A stretch of DNA of 64,000 nucleotides, taken from assembly GCA_963575745.1 (NCBI GenBank), contig CAUYUJ010000116.1, positions 1 to 64,000 on the forward strand, read 5' to 3'. The notes under the pieces are model-generated. The model saw only the letters and a list, made by a program, of their open reading frames with translations. It searched no databases and had not been told where the DNA came from. Source of the DNA: Prorocentrum cordatum (taxonomy: Eukaryota). A program made the translations under genes and the position numbers. Within the stretch, counting starts at the first letter, position 1; each line of letters begins with the position of its first letter. Shown here one piece after another: positions 10,864 through 23,920 of the stretch.

Positions 10864-13042
10864 AAGGGAACAAAAACAGCATGAGCATACACTTGTTGAG
10901 CTCCGCGCGGAGTTCTTGGATTGGCACCGGCCCCCCTGGCGGCGCTTCCGGCGCCGCACACTGCGCGCTCCCCGGGCTCCCCGCCGGTAGCCGACCCTGG
11001 ACGGCCCCGAGGCCCAGCGAGGGCCCCCAGAGGCCGAAACTGAAATTGACAAAAACGACGACGACGACGACGACGACGACGACAACGACGGCAGTGACGT
11101 CGACGACGAGGAGAACGACGGCGACGAGACGAAGACGACAGCGATGATGTCGGCGGCCACCCTCCGCGCGCTGCTCAACTCGGCGCGCTTCTCGAGCGGC
11201 CTCAACCTGTCGTAGTGTGTTGCTCTTACTCCCAGCCGTCTCAATGTAAGACGCTGGACCTCTTCTGAGGTGCGCTCCAGCAAGACGTTCGAGGCGATCC
11301 CAGCCGTGGCGACGAAGAGGGCCCCTCCGAGGCCCATGAACCGCGGAAAAAACAACAACTCCAATCCGTGATGGCAAACTGCGGAAAACAGCAATCTTGA
11401 TGTGTTCCCGACCACGCTGTGGCGTTCGGTCTGCATCTTGGAAGAGGTAGCGCCCCGGATCTATTTCCTTCTTTTCTTCCCTCCCGCTGCCCGCTCCCTC
11501 CTCCAATCCCTGCCTCTGCGCTCCGCGCCAGCCACATGAAGCTCCACTGAAGGCCCCAGAAGCGACGTTCGCACGCCTTTCCCCCACCCGTTACGGCCCG
11601 CACCCCTCACACAGTTCGTGGCACCGTAGGGAGCCCCACCGAAGGCCCCCGTGGCGACGTCCGCATGCGCCTCCCCCTCCCATGGCAGCACACTCCTCAC
11701 ACGGCCCGTGGCCCAATATGGAGCCGCACCGAAGGCCCCCGTGGAGACGTTCCCATATGCGTCTCCCTTGCCCACTGCGCACCCTCTCCACGGCTCGTGT
11801 CCCCGCAGGGAGCGCCGCCCGAGGCCCCCGCGGAGCCGTTCGCAGGCGTCTCCCCCCGACACACACCTCTCACACGCTTCGTGGCCGCATGGAGAGCTGC
11901 AGCGCTTCGGTGGAGCTCCCTATGGGGCCACGCTCCCCGCGAGGGGTGTGCCGAAATGGCCTAGGGCCGCCATGCGAACCCTGCCACTGGAGGTCTTCGA
12001 CGGAGTCCCCTATGGGGCCACGATCCTCGTGAGGGGTGTGCCGAAATGGCCCGAAGCCGCCCTGCCGCAGCAAAGGCCTCAGTGGCGACGTTCGCATGCG
12101 TCTGCCCAAATTCACTTCGGCAGACCCCTCACGCGTTTCGTGAAGCCCATCCGCATGTCCCGAGCCCCATCCTTCCCACGGCGCGCTATCCACGAGAAGG
12201 TGATCCTACCCTGTGTGATTCGCAACTGCACAGGGCTGGGCCCTTCGCCAGGATTTTTTCTATGAGAGGTAGCTGTGTTGTTAGATTCTGGAGTGTGCAC
12301 TTGCATGGAAGGGGAGGGGGGGGGGGGCGTGGCGAGGCCCGAAAGGGAACCTGGACTTCACGCCAGCAGGGACTCACTTGCACGCCTCTTCGCTCAATCT
12401 TGCTCGAAGAGGCGGCACCGATGGCGAAACCAACTGGCGCCGATGCCGCTACTCTCCAGACTTCTCCTCGGGTGCGCTCTGACCAGAATAAGGGGAAGCC
12501 AGCGGTGGCGACGAGGGCCTCCCAGGAGGCCCAACATCGAGGAAAGCCAGGGAAGGGCAGCAGTAATGGAGCACGTATTCCTGCCTCCCCTGGGGAGAGG
12601 GGAGGGAGGGGGGCGGGCGGGGGGAAGTGCCCTGCGAAGGGCCTTCTGAATCACCCTGACTGTCTCGATTGAGCAGGGACGGACCGTCCCGGCACTCCTC
12701 TAGGCCTACCACCGGGAACCCACAGCTGTCCTAAGATCAAGAGCCATGTGTTCAAAACGTGAGCCCGATGTGATAAAACAAGACAGTCCCAGCCAGAAAT
12801 GTTCCAAGAGCAGCTCGTGGAAACCACCAACAGTTCTCAGAAGAGTGCGTCGTAGGCCCATAGGCACGCCAGGACGCCTCGCCGCTGCTCGACTCGAGGG
12901 GAGGCCCCCAGACGAGGCGGCCGCGCGCAACAGGCGCGGGGGGAGGGCGGGGGGGGGGGGGGGCTCGGGGCTGGCCGCAGGCCTCGCCGAGGGCGGCCGA
13001 GGCGATCCTCCGCGCCTGGGGGGGCGCGGGGCGGGCCAGGGC

Positions 13043-13176
13043 TTAGGTCGGGCATGTCCACGTAGAGGCGGATTCTGACATACTCAGAAGGTCTCAAGCA
13101 CAGTCGAACAATCTCCCCCTGAGTAGTTTTGACTCTTGTGGAATATTCCTCCTGTTTTGGGACAGGCCCGACTTAA
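13043..13176. mobile_element. MITE family A (hAT-like), copy 1
   Basis: TIR TTAGGTCGGGCATGTCC / GGACAGGCCCGACTTAA; 8-bp TSD GCCAGGGC/GCCAAGGC. Confidence 0.85.
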
Positions 13177-13184
13177 GCCAAGGC

Positions 13185-13323
13185 TTAGGTCGGGCATGTC
13201 CCCGCACAGGCGGGTTCTGAACGAAAAATTAGAAATAGCCAGAACATACATAAGAAAATCGTCCCCCGAAATGTTTATGACTGTTTTGAACATTCCCCCT
13301 GTAGAGGGACAGGCCTGACAAAA
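13185..13323. mobile_element. MITE family A, copy 2 (tandem to copy 1)
   Basis: Same TIRs and AT-rich core; separated from copy 1 by one TSD-length spacer. Confidence 0.8.
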
Positions 13324-13439
13324 GCCCCGGCCCGAACGGCAGGGTGCAGGGCCCTTATCCGCCCGTTCCTGATAAAAAAAAAGCCCTGGTGGGCTCCCGC
13401 GCCTTGCCGGCACCTCGGCGGTGCTCCCCTGGCCCCCGC

Positions 13440-13562
13440 CTGCCCCCCTCCTCCTCCTTCTCCTCCTCCTCCTCCTTCTCCTCCTCCTTCTCCTCCTCCA
13501 CCTCCTCCTCCTCCTCCTCCTCCACCTCCTCCCCATCCCCCTCCCCCTCAACCTCCCCCTCC

Positions 13563-13593
<31 letters not shown>

Positions 13594-15380
13594 CTCTCTC
13601 TCTCTCGCGCTCTGGGCCGAAGAGTCGTGCGACGCGGCCACCTTCTTCTCCTGCTCCTGCTCCTGCTCCTCCTCCTCCTGCTCGTCCTCCACCTCCCTCC
13701 CTCCTCCTCCTCCTCCTCCTCCTCCTCCTCCTCCTCCTCCTCCTCCTCCTCCTCCTCCCCCAGCCTCCTCCTCCTCCTCTCTTCCTCCTCCTCTCCTCCT
13801 CCTCCTCCGTCCTCCTCCATCTTCCCCCCTCCTCCATCCTCCCCCCCTCCTCCTCCCCCCTCCCCCCTCTACCTTCCCCTCCTCTCCACTCCCCTGGCTC
13901 CCTCGTCATCACGGTGCTCGCCCCCTCCTCCTATTTACCCTCTCCTTCCCCGCAACCCCTTCCCGTTTCCTTCCCCCTTCCCCTCTCCATCACGACCCCC
14001 CCCTCCCCTCCCTTCTACTCGTCCCGGGCCCATTACCATCACGAAAGTCCACATTCCACTTCACAGGCTCCCTCTGCTTCCTAGTGAATCAGCACGGCGG
14101 ATCTTGCCGTGACGACGGATGCGCCACACACGGCCCGAGCAATGCACCCAGCACTCCCAGAACGACCTGCGCTCGACCCTTGAGGTGGGACCGTAAGAGG
14201 TGGGAAGGAGGAGGAGGAGGAGGAGGAGGAGGAGGAGGAGGAGGATCAATTGACCTGTTTACCTGCAAGCCGTGGTTACCTGCTGCATCGGCGGGGCACG
14301 AGCAACGCAATTACAGGTCAGGGAAAACACCTTCAGACTTAGTAGGCAGCCCTCACGACAATCTGCTGAGCACTTCCTTCCCAGCTTTGGTGGGGGGGCC
14401 GCATTCGCAACGCAATCTTTGCGGGAAATCGCACAGCACCTGCCGCACACCTGGCAAGACAGTACCCCACGGATGGAGGCGAGGGTGTGCGACGCATGGC
14501 GCTGGCCCCCAAGAGGATGATCCATCCCCCCACCCACTCCGCCCTCCAACGGCCCGAGATCATCAGGCGGGAGCTCCTCACGATTCCTCGTGTCCTGCAC
14601 CGCTCGAGGGGGGAGGGCTTGAATTCGCCGGGCTATCTCTGACCTGGGCCTGCAAGGGCCCTGGGGAGGAAGAGGAGGAGGAGGAGGAGGCGGAGGAGGA
14701 GGAAGAGGAGGAGCAGGAAGAGGGAGGAGGCGAGAGGGGAGGAGAAGGAGGAGGAGGAGGACCGAGGAGGAGGACCGAGGAGGAGGAGGAGGAGGAGGAG
14801 GAGGAGGAGGAGGAGGAGGGAGCCCCGTGGTCCAAGAGAGGCAGGGGAAGGACGGAGGGGCCGGCGCGCCAGCAGGCCCCCGCGTACAGCGGCCGCCCCG
14901 CCGCGCCGCTCCTCGGCCAGCAGCCAGCGCCCGAGCCGCGCCTGCGGCGCTTCTCTCATTGTTTCGGTTGTTGCGGCGCGCGCTCCAAAGACTGGTCCGT
15001 CCACGGGCGCAGGAGGGCCCTCCTCGACCACCCTCTCCTCCTCCTCCTCCTCCTCCTCCTCCTCCTCCTCCCCTCCCTCCTCCTCCTCCTCCTCCGCCTC
15101 CTCGCCTCCGCCTCCTCCTCCTCGTTCTCTCCCCTCCTTCGCCTCCTCCTGCGGCTCGTCCTGCTGCTCCTCCTCCTCCTCCTCCTCCTCCTCCTCCTCC
15201 TCCTCCTCCTCCTCCTCCTCCTCCTCCTCCTCCTCTTCCTCTTCCTCCTCCTCCCCCTCCTCGTCCTCCTCATCTCTCGTTGTGGCGCTCTGCCAAGATT
15301 GGTAGCAGGCAACGGGCAGACTCCTGCTCTTCCTCCTCCTCCTCCTCCTCCTTCATCTTCATCTCGTTCCCCTTCTCCTT
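13440..15380. repeat. Cluster of (CCT)n/(GGA)n/(CT)n microsatellite tracts
   Basis: Direct reading; accounts for the poly-L/P/S/E/R ORFs in the track. Confidence 0.9.
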
Positions 15381-17962
15381 CTCTATCTTCTCTAAATTCA
15401 CCTCCTCATTCCTCACCGTTGGGAAGAATGAGCCCCACGCGCCATCATTCCGTGCATAGCGAGCCTGGAGGGGAACGACACAGCCATCCGCCGAAATCGT
15501 GCGCACGCCGCGCGTGCAGTGTTGCATAGAAGACACCACCCACCCGATCACCTGTCCCCACGGCGCCTGATACCTATGCAGGTTGTGTAAGAGGGCTCCT
15601 CCATATCCTCCCTCTCCCGCCGCCTCCTCCCACCAGTGCCTCAATCGGCCGCTGCCGATTTGACGCGCACTGGGTGTGCAGTCACGCAGCGCAGCCTCCG
15701 TGGTGCAGGCAGTGCCGCGCGAACACCGCAGCGCAGGCTGCGTGGTGCAAGCGGTGCGGCAGGGCCGTGAGTGTGCAGGCAGTGTGGCGCGAGGGATGTG
15801 TCGACAGCTGTGTGGTGCAAGCCGTGCGGCACTGTGGCGCAGGCCACGCGTGCGCCCACGATGCGCTCACGGCAGGGCACCCGCCGAACAGTCCGCAGCC
15901 CGAGCCAGCCAGCGCACGGGGCGCCCAGGATGCCCCCCACGGCTGGGCACCGGAGGAAAGCCCGGAAGTCGTGCCAGATTACTTACGCAAACAACTAAGA
16001 TCCCAGAAGTGCGAGCGCCAGGCGGGGAATGGAAAGCATGGCCCCACCAGCACGGGCCATGTCCAGGACGAGTCGCCGACCATTCCGAGTGGCCAGACTG
16101 AGCGAGCTGACGGCCGCCGTGGACGAGACGCACCGCTTCTGAGCTTCCCTGATCTCGGGCGAGGGGTAAGACGGGGGGGGACCTACATGGGGGGTGAAGA
16201 GAAGTGTCCTAATTACCAGATGGGGCCTTTAGGGCCCCTGTTGGAGCCAGCAGGGGACCAAGAGGCCCCTTAGGGCCCGGTCCTCCACAAGCAGAGCCCC
16301 AAACCAGCCTTCCTGCGCCGCTTCTCGAACCTGATCGATCTGTGAGGGCCCCGGGGCCCGAGCCTGGGCGAACAACCCCCACTGCGAACAAATAGCGCAA
16401 CGCCCGGATCTGAGCGTCCTGCCTTCAGCTGCCCCCCCCCTGTCGGGAAGTCACCGCGTAGCTCAAATGACCAAGGACCCCGCGAACCAAAACATTATCG
16501 ATAACAAAGTAAGAAGCAAGCAACCGCAAGAGCATAAGGGGGTAAGCGGAAGCTGGCGGAAGCAGCGGGGGAAGAGCTAAGAATCATAGGGGGCTGCTGG
16601 ACTGGTCGTCTACTTGCCCAGGGCCTTCGCCGCTCTCCGTCGCTCCTCGCCGTGGCGCTCGGGGCCCAGGCCTGTCGAGGCCCGAGCGCGGAGGCGCCAC
16701 GCCGCATGCGGCAGTGCACAGCACCGGCAGCCCCCCATGCCTCCATCGCCCCCCCTTGCTCCCCCCCCCCCCTTCCCCCCCCCCCCCTCCCTTCCATCCA
16801 TTGCCCCCCTCCCCCCCCCCGCCCTCGCCCCCCTCCCCCCACTCCCTCCCGGCCATCCCCGCCCCCCTGCCTCCCCCTCCCTGCCTCGCCCCCCTCGCCC
16901 CCCTCGCCCTGCCTGCACGAACGCGCGCCCCCGGGGGCCTCCGCCGGCGTGACTGCGAGGCGGCCCCAGGGGACGAAGGCGTCCCTGAGCACGGCGCGCC
17001 TGGCTCGAGAGGGAAGGCGGAGGGACGCAGCGAGCTGAAATAATGCAAGGCTCATCATGCGTATCGACCTGGGAGAAGCCGGGTTGAGCTGAGTTGAACT
17101 GAGTCGAATGAGGCAAGCCCCTATTGTAGTCCTCAGCGAACACCTACAGCGACGCCAGCACTGGGACAACGTCGGACCAGGACAGATCGTCCCTCAGGAC
17201 GCGCTCTAAAGCCAACGTCGCAGCGAGAGAATGAGAGGAAGTTTGCCGGCGTGCATCCCGGACAGGAAGTTATCGCACCGTGGATGCGCAAAGGATGTGA
17301 TGCAACAGCGTCTCCGCGGTCGTTGTTCGAAGAGCAAGTCTGCGGCATGTGTTCCGTCAGCGGCGAGGCGGCGAACTCCTCTCCACCGAGAAGCTAGATA
17401 AAGGCACTAACTAGCGAATTGGCCGGAGAGCAAAGGGAAGGGGGACGGCCGAGAGGAAGAAAGGACGCTCAGACGCCGACGAGTTCGACAATGAGCAGCC
17501 GGGGGGGGCAGCAGCAGCCAGGCGCGCAGGGTCAGAGCGCGGTATCCTCGGGACACACCCGCAAGAGCAACGGCAGACAGTGTGGCGAATCATCGGGACA
17601 CCGGTTCAATTCTCCAGAAGAGCAAATGGGACCCTACGTACTCTTTGGGAATGAGCCGCTTGGGCGAGCCTCGACGCACCGCGGCGCGGCGTGCTCGGTG
17701 GACGAGCTATGACGGCCACGTCTGTCTTCTTTCCCGCCACCTGTGGGCACCTGAACACGTCTTTGATCAGCGGCGAGCTGGATCCAGCAAGCGGGCGGCC
17801 ATCGGCGGGGCGCGTCGGAATTGAATGGGGCACAGTGGGCATGGCAGGCAGGATGGGGCAAGAAGGGGCGGGCCGCGCGACGGCCTGAGCACCGCCAGGT
17901 CGTGCATAGCTTCGGGATGCGCCCAGGTCGGGCTCAAAAGCTCGAGCGCAATCTGGCACACG

Positions 17963-18173
17963 TGGTGCGCCTGTTTTCCACCGCCACCACCAGGAAGTAT
18001 GAAGGGGAAGGGGGCCTCCTCCTCCTCCTCCATCCTCGAAATCCAAAGAAAACCCCGACCCTATCTCCTCCAGATCCTCCCTCCCGATCGTCCTCCTCCT
18101 CGTCCTCCTCCTCCTCCTCCTCCTCCTCCTTCCCCCCTCCAACTCATGGTGGTGGTGGAAAGCAGGCCCATGA
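17963..18173. mobile_element. MITE family B (introner-type), degenerate copy
   Basis: TIRs GCCTGTTTTCCACC / GGTGGAAAGCAGGCCCATGA around a CCT core; no TSD discernible. Confidence 0.7.
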
Positions 18174-18636
18174 AGAACCCATGCATATTTCCACGGCCCT
18201 CCCAGACGCAACAGAAAAACAAGGTCGACGCCGACACGTGCCTCGAATGAGCATCGTTTAACCGATCCCTATCCCCACTCGCGTGGCCTGGGCCCCACTG
18301 GCCAGTGTACCCCCCCTAGATGGGGATATAGGCAACTTCTGTCAAATGTCGAAGGGTATATCCCCACCTGGGGGGGTGAGATGGTGGGGGTCTAGATGGG
18401 GATGGGGATGGGGATGGGGATCGGTGAAACGATACTGATCGAAGACGAGAGCTGAAGCGAAGAGACTTGAACCAGACCAGCATCGCCCAAGGCAACGCGA
18501 ACGCGACCGACCGAACGCGCGAGCCGCGCCCGACAGCCGCCCGCAGGCCAGCACTGAGCGGGCGCAGCGGCGCGCGATCAAGGTCAGAAATCGGGGGAAA
18601 GAAATCAATAGTAAAGCAGACACCGACTGACTACCT

Positions 18637-18793
18637 ACCAGACCACGTCAAGCCAACCCGAAGGCCCGCATTTCGGGTCGGGGGGGTTATGAGCTTCATA
18701 CATATGTGTTTTTCCAAGCTTCCCGTCCCCCCACCCCCAAAACTGGAAATGGAGGGCAGGTCGGGGCCTTCGGGTTGGGTTGGGTGGTTTGGT
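18637..18793. mobile_element. MITE family E (CCAGACCACCCCAACCCAACCCGAAG TIR); copies at about 27757-27905 and 46190-46352
   Basis: Three dispersed approx. 150-bp copies with inverted ends and a shared core CTGGAAATGGA(G/A)GGCA. Confidence 0.65.
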
Positions 18794-19679
18794 AAGCGGG
18801 GGCTTACATCCAGACTTCCACGGCTGATTTCCATTGCTTTTGGCGCGCCCGAGACAAATAGTTGTTCATTCGGATACCCGCCCAAGTTTCGGGGTCGCAC
18901 GCGTAGTCCCGATATTACCCCATGGAAGCATTGAACAGTGACAAAAATCCACCCTGGAAATCCACGACCTGTTCAACTGAATTCTTCACGGTCGGACTAA
19001 GGTGGTGCGCTGGAGCTCTCAAGCCTCGGATACCAATAATCGCCACATGCCTTACTTCAACCGAACAAATGAGAGACAACCTCTGCCCCAACCAATATCG
19101 CAATGCGGCAACCGGCCACCGCAAGCTCCAACCAATACCACCACCATCATCCGTCCATAATCACCAACACCATGTCTATACCCCTTTGCAGGGCAAACTG
19201 GCTCCACCGCCAACGATCGCCTCTGCAATAACGCGAAGCGCCAGTCCAAACGTGCCGACTACTTCGAAGTCAAATTAGGCAAATCATTGCGCACGTGGGT
19301 TGTGCCATGATGCCCTGTGTTCGCGGGCTGTATATGAACGGCACGTTTGATGAACCGTCACGGTGACAATATGTATACACATATATCTATATATATATAT
19401 ATGTAAAATGTATCGACCAACGAAAGCCACGATGAACATGTTTCTAGCAATACGATCGCGCAACACGTGTAGCACGTGGCGCGGTGCAACTCAAACAAGT
19501 GGCATACATGCGATGCAACACACGTGGTGCAACACATGCTTCGCGACCCGTGTTGTGCAACCCGTGTTGTGCTATGTATGTCCTACGACCCACGTTATAG
19601 GATCTATGTGGCGCGATCCATGTTGTGCAATTACTTTTGTTCGTGGTGGATTCTCAACTCCAGTGTTCGCGCAACCATC

Positions 19680-22340
19680 CCAACCAACCACCCGCAGGTT
19701 TGTCTACAAAACCCATGCGGCGATGATTGCGATGGCAGCTTGGTGTAGGCTGGCGCGTCGATGCGGCCGCGCTGGCGCGCGCAGGCTCGCGCGCAGAGCA
19801 GCCAGCCAATCTGGCGCGACCAACGCGGCCGCATACATGCATATTGCATTTCATGGTATGGGGTGTCGAGCCCGGTTTGGCTTGGATAATCTGAATTCAC
19901 GATGAGAAAGGAAAAAAGGGCAACATCGTGTGTAAACTGCGCGTCTCCAAAAACGGTGTCGAGAATCCCGGCTTCGGGGTGGCGGTGGACCAATTCTTTT
20001 GGTTGATAATGTGTACTTTTATGTACGCCAATGCATATAGATATCCATATACATGATCTATGTGTTATGTATAACTATAAATGTATATGTACATACAGAC
20101 ATATGTGAATATATGTACATACGTGTATATATATACATATATACATATATATATATTATATTATATATGTGTAGATCGATATGTTTATGTATAATCTATA
20201 AACCTAAGTATGCTGTACAAATACCTGTGGTGCAAGCCGCGTGGTTCCATACATGGTGTGCGACCTAGGTAGTGCCATTATGTTATGCCCGCGACGAACT
20301 GTCAATTCCACGCTTTGCTCCCGCATCCACCCCACCTACCCACCGGCAACTTGGATTGCAAAATCCATTGGGCAATGATTGCGGTGAATGCTTGGTGTTG
20401 GCTGTTGCATCCCCGCGGCCACGCTAGCCCGCGCATGTTCGCGCGCCCAGCGGCCAACCACTTTGGCGCGACCGACGCGGCCACGGTGGCGCTGACCGCA
20501 CGGCACATCCCAACGGGCACTTCACTGCGAGTCGACGACTTGGGCGGGCGCGGTATCATGGCAACGTCGACAACGGTAAAAACGATGATGATCGTAGCGG
20601 TGCTGGCGTCGATGGTGACAGCGGCGACGGCACGACCAGTGACGGCGCCGATGCTGATCACTCCGACGACGGTGGTGGAAATGTTGGAAGGAGTTTGACC
20701 TGCGCGCGCGGCCGACGCGCGAGTGGCCCGACTGGTATTATTTGACACGGATCGCACCCCCCCCCGCACGCGCGCAAAGGCGTCCGAATGGTTTTGGCAC
20801 GCGGCGTGCGAGGACCGCTTGATTGAAAACCATGAGGATGTCGAACAACAGCGACTGTGTTTTCATATCTATATATATAGATATATCGGTATATGTATGT
20901 GTGTATACGCAAGAGCGCGAGCGCAGTTTTTTTGAAAACGAACGTTGCGAAACTATGGTTTGACCGTGGCCTCGAGAGACTTGGTTTGGAAATCCCCACG
21001 GTTCCAAAATGTTTGACGGATTGCGGCATCCGCGCGCGACCACGCGTGCGTGTGCACTTCGCCCCGTTGGTTGCAACGGGTTGTTGCGACAGGGCGCGCG
21101 CAACGGCGTTCGAACGATTTCGACACGTGCGCGCGAAACCCGTTTGGTAGCATTGTTACGTACATGCGGGACAACATGTGCTCTGAAGGGTTCGCAAGAA
21201 CGCAAGCGCTACATGTTTGAATCGTTTTTTTTTGCGAAGCCAAAAGGCTCACGGTTTCTGAACAATTCCAAAATGCGCGCGCGACGACGCGCTCTTGTGC
21301 TCTTCGTCACGTTGTTTGGGAGGGGCGAATGAGATCCATGATTTGTGATAAGCGAACGCGCGCGTAGTATTTTTTAACCAGAAGATGACGGGGGGGGGGG
21401 CGATACCAGGCTGGCTGGGATGGTACGGGCCCACATTTAGGATGGACGCTGGGGCGGAATCGTATGAAATTGCAACGAACAGGGGTGCGGATAATCCCAG
21501 GGGGTACACCCTCGTGCTTTTGTCCAAAAGGAATCTACGCTGTGCACTCTACGACGCATGATATATGTTGTGCAAATCTACGTCGTGCAACCTACGCGAT
21601 TCGACCTGCGCGGTGCCATCTGCGTGGTGCAGTTCTACGCGAGGCATGTTGTGCGGTGCAATGAGTTCTCGAAGTTTTGGGGTTGTCAACTACACTGCTC
21701 GCGCAATCATGCCACACACACACCCGGAACTTGGCCTGCTAAGCCCATGCGGCGGCGATTGCAAGGAGGGTTCGGTGATGACTGGTGCATCTCTTCGGCC
21801 GCGCTAGCCCGCGCATGTTCACGTGCACATCGGCCAAATAATTCGGCGCGACCGATGTGACCGCGGTGGTGCTGACCGCTGGGGCCTTCCAAGTGCGCCC
21901 TGCAATGCAAGCCGCGCTGACGCGCGGGCACTTCACTGCGAGTCGGTGACTTGGGCGGGCGCGGTCTCATGGAGACGTCGACAACGGTACACACGATTAT
22001 GATCGTAGCGGTGCTGGCGTCGATGATGACAGCGGCGACGGCACGGCCAGTGACGGCGCCGATGCTGATCACGCCAATGGCGGTGATGGTGTCCTCGCGT
22101 CGGTGAAGAAAGTTGTGTGTGGATTTTGTTACGCACGCGCAGCCGACGCGCGCGAGTGGCCCACATGGTATCATTTGACGATGGTCGTGCCCCGCCCAAC
22201 ACGCGCAAATGCGCTCGAATAATTTCAAATGATTTCGACATGCGCGCGCGCGAGAGGCCCGCTTGGCCGAATGTGAAAAATTCGCAACAAACGCGCGCGC
22301 AGACCACATTTCGAAAACTGGGATTGCAAAACAATGTGTT
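19680..22340. repeat. Dispersed repeat family (core GGCGCGACCGACGCGGCC); three local copies, related copies at about 53500-54900 and 56600-57200
   Basis: Recurring similar blocks near 19720, 20380 and 21740, interspersed with (TA)n tracts; class not determined. Confidence 0.6.
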
Positions 22341-23756
22341 TGTTCATCCGTGTTCGGGACACCCACTCCGTTTTGAACTCTTCACAACATCGAAATGTTG
22401 AAATATGTGGGCATGCGCGATGGACTTCGCGCGCGCGTACTTCGTCCCATTGGTTTGCAAGGGGGTTGTTGGAAACTATTGATTTGGAATGATCGAATGT
22501 ATACGGGATGGTGCGGGGTCGAACTTGGTCTGGCTCGGGCGGTATGCATTCTTATTTCGGATGGACGATGGGGCAAAATCATATGACAATTGCACTGCGA
22601 ATTGACGGTTAGATAATTCTGCCCTCGGGGGGGGGGGTGAGAGACCCCGATTTTTGGGGGGAGGCGAATCTATGAGAGGCGGCGACGGGGCGGCGACGGC
22701 GAGCACACACCCGCAGGCCCAGACGACGAGCGGCGGCGAGGCGGCGACGCGGCGGCGACAGCAAGCACGTTGCCGCCAGACCGGCCCGCAGGCCCAGACG
22801 ACGGGCGGCGACGAGGCGGCGACGGGGCGGCGACGGCGAGCACAGAGCTTCCAGACCGACCGGCAGGCCGAGTCTCTGGAAGTGAGAACATACATGAGAA
22901 CCTCCTCAGAAACAGACAGCGCGCCACAGGAAACCGAGCTAAAGGAGGGGGTGCCCCCCCTCAGCTCCCCCCCCCTTCAACCCCCCCAACCGGCCCTCTC
23001 CTCCCCTTTTGTTCGAGTTCCAGAGACTACCCCCGCCCTACCCCCATTCAGCTCCCCTACCAGACCACCCCCCTCTGCCCCCCATCCCACTGCGACCCCT
23101 GCAAGCTACTCCCCCTCTCTTTGACCTCCCCGGTCCGAAGACGCCACCCCCCCTCCCCCCCTTGCTTTTCGCCCCACGGAAGCTGCCCCCACTAGGAGCC
23201 GAAAGGGGGAGGGGGGTCTGGCTGTCGAACAACCCCATCTTCCCCCCCTCTGCAGCCGAGGAGGTGGGGGGGACGCTTCCGAAGCCCCTCGTTGCAAAGA
23301 TGCTCCTTGGCATACACCAGCTTCGAAATAAGGGGGGCTTCCGAAGCCCCCCCCAACCCTTTTCAGAGGAGGGCCTGGGCTTCCCAAAGGGAGGGGGGTA
23401 GATTCGAAAGCCCCCCTCCTGTTTGAAAGAAGAGGGTAGCTTGAAGCTGCCCCCAACCCTTCACTATTCCCGCCTCCAGAAGCCAACCCTTTCATATGTA
23501 CATATACAACGGTCCTATGCGTATGCATCTATACCTGTAACTCTGTACACAAACATCTCGTTGCATGCCCCTGTATGTATGAAGCTGGATACATACGTAT
23601 ACGCCTATGTAAATATTAGTCTACGCTCGCAGTGGCCGAGCATACAACTGTTTCCCGAGTGCGGCTGCGCACTCTCGGGTCGACCCCGCTGGGCTCCGCC
23701 GAGAGGCCACCTTAAGCTCTGGCAGAAGTAGCTCAACGTTCAACCCCTTCTAACAT

Positions 23757-23920
23757 TGATGGGCCCATTTTCCACCACCACCACCACCACCACCATATGT
23801 AGGAGAGGGGAGAGGAGGAGGAGGAGGAGATGGAGGAGGAGGAGGAGGAGGAGGAGGAGGAGGAGGAGGACCCCCTCCCCATCCAACTTATGGTGGTGGC
23901 GGTGGAAAGCAAGCCCTTCT
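23757..23920. mobile_element. MITE family B (introner-type), copy with 5-bp TSD AACAT
   Basis: TGATGGGCCCATTTTCCACCACC...GGTGGAAAGCAAGCCCTTCT around a (GGA)n core; AACAT at 23752-23756 and 23921-23925. Confidence 0.8.

Noticed and set aside
8616..11460. Possible minus-strand exons at 8616-8933 and 11140-11460
   Set aside because: Non-repetitive, but with no recognisable motif or in-phase partner exon, so they cannot be supported as a gene without a search.
13421..15529. 702-aa ORF and other long poly-L/P/S/E/D/Y ORFs (also 7379-8099, 8898-9974, 26976-27333)
   Set aside because: Stop-free by virtue of microsatellites; no domain content.
15676..15900. CxxC-rich ORF (WCRQC/WCKRC) suggesting a zinc finger
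   Set aside because: Derived from a GTGGTGCA(A/G)GC repeat, with the motifs falling in different frames.
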